This document shows, piece after piece, positions 59,314 to 64,000 of a stretch of 64,000 nt of DNA. The notes under the pieces are model-generated. The model was not told the DNA's origin. It saw only the letters and a program-made list of their open reading frames with translations, and made no database searches. The translations under genes were made by a program, and so were the position numbers. This stretch comes from an uncultured bacterium. Lineage in GTDB: Bacteria > Actinomycetota > Acidimicrobiia > Spongiisociales > UBA5794. The stretch is taken from contig CAWDDT010000007.1 in assembly GCA_963801165.1 (NCBI GenBank), positions 64,001 through 128,000 of the forward strand. The letters are read 5' to 3'. Position 1 is the stretch's first letter; each line of letters opens with the position of its first letter.

Positions 59314-59484
59314 GAGCGGTGACACTAGTGACATTTCCGGTCATTGCATCCCGGCGTATCGTGCATTGTGCGGACCTGCCACAGCGAACAACCGGCAAAG
59401 AAAGACAGTTCTTGCGTCGCCGCTCGTTTCCGTTTGATCTTTCCAGCCGAATAGGGATGTCAGCCGTCGGTATCCTTGGTCAAT

Positions 59485-59512
59485 CTATAGAGACGAAACT
59501 ATAGAGACGAAA
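59485..59512. repeat. 14-bp perfect tandem duplication CTATAGAGACGAAA upstream of acnA
   Basis: Seen directly just before the GAGAGG RBS. Confidence 0.9.
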
Positions 59513-59533
59513 CAACGAGAGGACGGCCCGGCA

Positions 59534-62209
59534 ATGAGCAGCACCGACCCGTTTGGCGCCGAGGAGACATTCACCAGCCCCGCGGGGCCCCGCACGGTCC
59601 ACCGGATCGACGCGCTGCGGGACATGGGCGATATCGATCGACTGCCGTACTCGATCAAGGTGCTTCTCGAAGCGGCACTCCGCAGCCACGACGGGGTGAC
59701 GGTCACCGACGAAGATGTGAGAGCTCTTGCCCAATACGACGCATCCAAAGTCGAAGAGACCGAGATTGCCTTCAAGCCGGCGCGGGTCGTTCTCCAAGAT
59801 TTCACGGGGGTTCCGGCCGTCGTCGATCTCGCCGCGATGCGGGCGGCGGTGGTTCGGATGACCGGCGATGTGAACGCGGCCCAGAAGGTCAACCCGCTCA
59901 TCCCGGTGGATCTCGTCATCGATCATTCGGTGCAGGTCGACGCCTTCAACTCGGGCATGGCGCTGCAGATCAACAGCGAGCGCGAGTTCGAGCGCAATCA
60001 CGAGCGCTACGAATTTCTCAAATGGGGGCGGTCGGCGTTCGAGAACTTCCGGGTGGTGCCCCCGGCGACCGGGATCGTTCACCAGGTCAATCTCGAGTAC
60101 CTGGCCAGTGTGGTCTGGGATGACGGCGCCGGGCTGTACCCCGACTCGCTGGTGGGCACGGACTCACACACGACGATGATCAACGGTCTCGGCGTGCTCG
60201 GCTGGGGGGTCGGAGGTATCGAGGCCGAAGCGGCGATGGTCGGGCAGCCGATCTTCATGCTCCTGCCCGAAGTGGTCGGCTTCAAGCTCACCGGCAAGCT
60301 CCAGGACGGCATGACAGCTACCGACCTGGTCCTGCGTGTAGTCCAGATGCTGCGCGAGCACGGTGTAGTCGGCAAGTTCGTCGAGTTCTACGGACCGGGT
60401 CTGGCGGAGATGCCCATCGCCAACCGGGCCACGATCGCCAATATGGCTCCGGAGTACGGGGCGACGATTGGGTTCTTCCCCGTCGACGAGCAGACACTGA
60501 CCTATCTCCGCCTCACCGGTCGCGACGAGAAGGCGATCGAGACGGTCGAGGCATACACCAGGATGCAGGGAATGTGGCGCGACGACGCACGAGACATCGT
60601 CTACAGCTCGAACCTCGAGCTCGACATGGCGACGGTGACCGCAGCGCTGTCGGGCCCGAAGCGACCACAGGATCGGATCGATCTGGGCGCAATGAAGACG
60701 CAGTGGACGAAGGATGTCGATGGCCTGCGCCGCCAGGGGGTGACTGCGACGGCACCGGTGCCCGTCGATTACGAGGGATCCAGGTTCGAGCTGGGTGACG
60801 GTGACGTCGTGATCGCGGCCATCACCAGCTGCACGAACACGTCGAATCCAGACGTCATGGTGGGCGCCGGGCTCGTGGCCCGCAAGGCCCGAGCTCGCGG
60901 GTTGACACGCAAGCCGTGGGTGAAGACCTCGCTCGCTCCCGGTTCGAAGGTGGTTACCGATTACCTGACCAAGGCCGGATTGATGGACGACCTGCAGGCT
61001 CTCGGCTTCTACCTGGTGGGGTACGGGTGCACGACCTGTATCGGCAACTCGGGCCCACTGCCCGAGTCGATCAGTGCTGCCATCAACGAGAACGATCTCG
61101 TGGTGACGTCGGTGCTCTCCGGCAACCGGAACTTCGAGGGGCGCATTTCGCCGGACGTTAGGGGCAACTATCTGGCCTCACCGCCGCTGGTCGTTGCCTT
61201 CGCCATCGCCGGCACGGTCGACATAGACCTGACCAGAGACCCGATAGGTCAGGATTCGAACGGCGACGACGTCTTCCTGGCGGACATCTGGCCATCGCAG
61301 GCGGAGATCGATGAGATCGTTACCAGCGATGTCGGCAGTGACCAGTTCACCAGGGAGTACTCGGCGGTCTTCGAAGGATCGGCGGAATGGAAGGAGATCC
61401 GGTCAGGGGACGATGCGTTGTTCCAGTGGAATCCGGCGAGCACCTACGTCCAGGAACCGCCCTTCTTCAAAAACCTCACCGCAGAGGTAACTCCGCTCGA
61501 ATCGATCGTGGGGGCACGGGTTCTGTTGAAGCTCGGAGATTCGATCACGACCGACCACATCAGTCCGGCGGGGGCGATTGCTCCCGACACACCGGCCGGC
61601 CGGTACCTGACCGACAATGGTGTCGAGCGTCGTCTCTTCAACAGCTACGGGTCCCGCAGGGGCAACGATCGGGTCATGACCAGAGGTACCTTCGCCAATG
61701 TGCGCATCCGCAACCAGATCGCGCCCGGCACCGAAGGCGGGTTCACGACCGACTTCACCGACGGTGAGGTCAAGACCGTCTACGAAGCAAGCCTCGAGTA
61801 CAAGGCGGCGGGGATCCCGCTGATCGTCCTCGCCGGGATCGACTACGGGATGGGCAGCTCGCGTGATTGGGCGGCCAAGGGAACATTCGAGCTGGGGGTC
61901 AAGGCGGTGATTGCGTCCAGCTACGAGCGGATTCACCGCTCGAATCTGGTGATGATGGGGGTGCTGCCGCTCACGTTCGCAGAAGGGGAGAACGCAGATA
62001 CGCTCGGGCTCGATGGCACCGAGACCTTCACGATCGACATCGATGACGACCTGCAACCGCGCCAGCCCGTGCGGGTGACCGCAACCACAAAGGATGGCTC
62101 CACCGTCGAGTTCATGACGCAATGTCGTGCCGACACGCCCGTTGAGATCGATTACCTACGCAACGGCGGCATCCTGCACATGGTGCTGCGCCGCATGGCG
62201 ACCGGCTGA
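59534..62209 (+). CDS. acnA: Aconitate hydratase A
   Basis: [44 protein letters not shown]. Confidence 0.98.
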   Translation: MSSTDPFGAEETFTSPAGPRTVHRIDALRDMGDIDRLPYSIKVLLEAALRSHDGVTVTDEDVRALAQYDASKVEETEIAFKPARVVLQDFTGVPAVVDLAAMRAAVVRMTGDVNAAQKVNPLIPVDLVIDHSVQVDAFNSGMALQINSEREFERNHERYEFLKWGRSAFENFRVVPPATGIVHQVNLEYLASVVWDDGAGLYPDSLVGTDSHTTMINGLGVLGWGVGGIEAEAAMVGQPIFMLLPEVVGFKLTGKLQDGMTATDLVLRVVQMLREHGVVGKFVEFYGPGLAEMPIANRATIANMAPEYGATIGFFPVDEQTLTYLRLTGRDEKAIETVEAYTRMQGMWRDDARDIVYSSNLELDMATVTAALSGPKRPQDRIDLGAMKTQWTKDVDGLRRQGVTATAPVPVDYEGSRFELGDGDVVIAAITSCTNTSNPDVMVGAGLVARKARARGLTRKPWVKTSLAPGSKVVTDYLTKAGLMDDLQALGFYLVGYGCTTCIGNSGPLPESISAAINENDLVVTSVLSGNRNFEGRISPDVRGNYLASPPLVVAFAIAGTVDIDLTRDPIGQDSNGDDVFLADIWPSQAEIDEIVTSDVGSDQFTREYSAVFEGSAEWKEIRSGDDALFQWNPASTYVQEPPFFKNLTAEVTPLESIVGARVLLKLGDSITTDHISPAGAIAPDTPAGRYLTDNGVERRLFNSYGSRRGNDRVMTRGTFANVRIRNQIAPGTEGGFTTDFTDGEVKTVYEASLEYKAAGIPLIVLAGIDYGMGSSRDWAAKGTFELGVKAVIASSYERIHRSNLVMMGVLPLTFAEGENADTLGLDGTETFTIDIDDDLQPRQPVRVTATTKDGSTVEFMTQCRADTPVEIDYLRNGGILHMVLRRMATG

Positions 62210-62260
62210 GCGTGAGACGTGTGCCGAATAATTCCAGTTCAGGCTCGACCTCGAGCCCTG

Positions 62261-62785
62261 TCAGTGCGAATCAGCTTCGATTTCGATGTCGACCATGAGC
62301 TGTCCCGCCAGATCCTCGAAGGCCTCGGTTAGGTAGTCGACCGAGACCATGTCGGGTAGCGTCAAGATAGCGTGCGCCTTGAAGATCGTGCCGCCCTCCA
62401 TCGGGGCGCTGATCGTCTCCGTCTCGAGCTCCTCGATATTGACGTTCCGCCGCGCCAGCACCTCGGATACTTCACGGACGATGCCGGGGCGGTCGAGTCC
62501 CACCAGCTCCAGGGTGACCCTGGGTTGATGGGCGGCGCGGGGTGACGCCGATAGTTCGGCGGAGACCTCGAGCAGACCCTGCTCGCGGAGTGGGCCGAGG
62601 TCCGCAACGAGAGCGTCGACCTGGTTGTCGGGGACGGTGACCATCACGATGCCGGCGAACTTGCCGGCGAGATGAGCCATGCGGCTGGTTTCCCAGTTGC
62701 CGTTGTGGTCGGCCACGACTCCGGAGAGAGCGCGCACCAATCCTGCGTGATCGTCACCGATCGCTGTCAATACGAGTGTCGCCAT
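62261..62785 (-). CDS. Tandem ACT-domain protein (GcvR-like)
   Basis: LTAIGDDHAGLV and LVGLDRPGIV ACT motifs; TAACCT-N7-ATG. Confidence 0.85.
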   Translation of the reverse strand: MATLVLTAIGDDHAGLVRALSGVVADHNGNWETSRMAHLAGKFAGIVMVTVPDNQVDALVADLGPLREQGLLEVSAELSASPRAAHQPRVTLELVGLDRPGIVREVSEVLARRNVNIEELETETISAPMEGGTIFKAHAILTLPDMVSVDYLTEAFEDLAGQLMVDIEIEADSH

Positions 62786-62820
62786 GGGCGTCAGGTTAAC
62801 CGGACCCGGAATCGGCGTCG

Positions 62821-64000
62821 CTATCTAGGAAATGCGGGTGCCGAGGCCGGTCTGCGAGTCGTGCCGAGGTCGAGCGGCTCGGAGGTCACGACGGCGCCGG
62901 CGACGTGACCGTCTGCATCGAAGAAGGGGGCGCAGTACGTGCGCGTGTGCACCCGACTTCCATCGGTGCGTGTGATCCTGAGAATGAACGGCCCGGTCGC
63001 CTGACCGGTGCGGATAGCGTTGGTCACCGGGGCATTTTCCAAGTCAAGCGGGGTACCGTCGGCGAACCTGACGTCGAAGAGCTGCTGGCTTGCGTCCAGA
63101 TCCCCGGGGCGGGTCTTGTCGTTTCCCATCCCGAGCAGCTCGCTTTCCTTCGAGTTCCAGTCGATGAGCTGTGGCGGGTCCCCGGCGAAAACGGAAACGG
63201 CGATGGGCAGCTCGTTCAACACCGAGGAGCGCAGCCGGCGCTCGAAGACGATGTCGCGAGTCAGCCCGTTCCGGGCGATGGCAGACGACGTTAACTCGGC
63301 GAGGGCCCCTGCAACGCTGACCGGCGCACCTGTCGGGATCATTTCGACGCGTTTCCAAGTAACGGCGAGGACCGCGACTACCCGATTGCCATCGTGAACG
63401 GGCAGGAGCAAAGCGGCTTTGCCGCCGAGGTTGTCTGTCGAGCCCCACCCCGTGCTGGTTACGTCTTCCACGAGAAGCGTGTTCCCGCTGCGGAGAACCT
63501 GTTCTACGTCACGCGCCTCACCGGCGGGCACCTCTGAGCGCTCGTCGTTGTAGTAAGCCGAGCGGAAGCTCCCGTCACGTCTTGGAACGAAAAGCACTGC
63601 ACCGGTTGCCCCGAGAAGCTCGCTATAGATCTTGGCGATGCCGTTGACGACGTGTCCCAACGAGTCGCTGTTCAGTGCCCCGGCCAGATCGACCAGGAGG
63701 CGAGCCCTTGGCGAGTGGGCCTGGTAGCGCTCGTCTGCGAGGAAATCGACCATCTCGTCCTCGACGACCACATCGTCGCAGGCGGGCAACCGCAGGGTGA
63801 AGACCGCACCTTTGCTACCGGCGTTGTCACACGTGAGATCACCACCCATGGCTCGTGCCAGCTGCCGGCTCAGTGACAGTCCGAGCCCGAGTCCTTCGGC
63901 AGATGCCGAGAGGTCGAAGATGCGCTCCGCCCGGTGCGCGGGAACACCGGGGCCGGAGTCCGTGAAGACCACCAGCGTGTCATCGCCGGATCGGGAGACG
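62821..64000 (-). CDS. Sensor histidine kinase, 5' truncated: HATPase_c followed by GAF-like and PAS-like domains
   Basis: DSGPGV (G1), IF, GLGLGLSLS (G2), MGGDL; then GAF-like and PAS/PAC-like segments; frame open to the window edge. Confidence 0.85.
   Translation of the reverse strand, partial: VSRSGDDTLVVFTDSGPGVPAHRAERIFDLSASAEGLGLGLSLSRQLARAMGGDLTCDNAGSKGAVFTLRLPACDDVVVEDEMVDFLADERYQAHSPRARLLVDLAGALNSDSLGHVVNGIAKIYSELLGATGAVLFVPRRDGSFRSAYYNDERSEVPAGEARDVEQVLRSGNTLLVEDVTSTGWGSTDNLGGKAALLLPVHDGNRVVAVLAVTWKRVEMIPTGAPVSVAGALAELTSSAIARNGLTRDIVFERRLRSSVLNELPIAVSVFAGDPPQLIDWNSKESELLGMGNDKTRPGDLDASQQLFDVRFADGTPLDLENAPVTNAIRTGQATGPFILRITRTDGSRVHTRTYCAPFFDADGHVAGAVVTSEPLDLGTTRRPASAPAFPR

Noticed and set aside
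59446-59453. GCCGAATA as a sigma28 -10 for acnA
   Set aside because: No TCAAG/TAAA-like -35 at the correct spacing

Overview
High-GC (about two-thirds G+C by eye), densely coded bacterial chromosome segment, most consistent with an Actinomycetota of the Acidimicrobiia type (Thr-rich 'AACGG' lipoproteins, many leaderless genes, DivIVA-domain protein, DUF5317); the taxonomy is inference. About 52 CDS. No rRNA, tRNA, CRISPR array, integrase or transposase was recognised. Main blocks: (1) a sugar-type (CUT2) ABC importer operon ending in a permease::amidohydrolase fusion; (2) an operon of tartrate/isopropylmalate-family dehydrogenase, an atypical archaeal-like PGK homologue and a split transketolase, with a perfect LacI-type operator; (3) a frameshifted acylphosphatase and a 1300-aa RCC1/Ig/PKD/RTX exoprotein; (4) pgi and pstSCAB-phoU with phased PHO boxes; (5) orphan parA with a coupled Zn-ribbon gene, gnd, a GGDEF-EAL protein and rocD; (6) two tandem >1100-aa coiled-coil proteins, the first with a DivIVA head and a sigma28/WhiG-type promoter; (7) housekeeping genes (guaD, tal, galU, bcp, rlmN, ggt, acnA), a degenerate HD-GYP/DUF5317 locus and a truncated kinase with C-terminal GAF-PAS. 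The best candidates for undescribed biology are the sigma28-driven giant coiled-coil pair, the permease-enzyme fusion importer and the PGK-like/split-transketolase catabolic operon. All family assignments come from motif recognition by eye; no searches were run.
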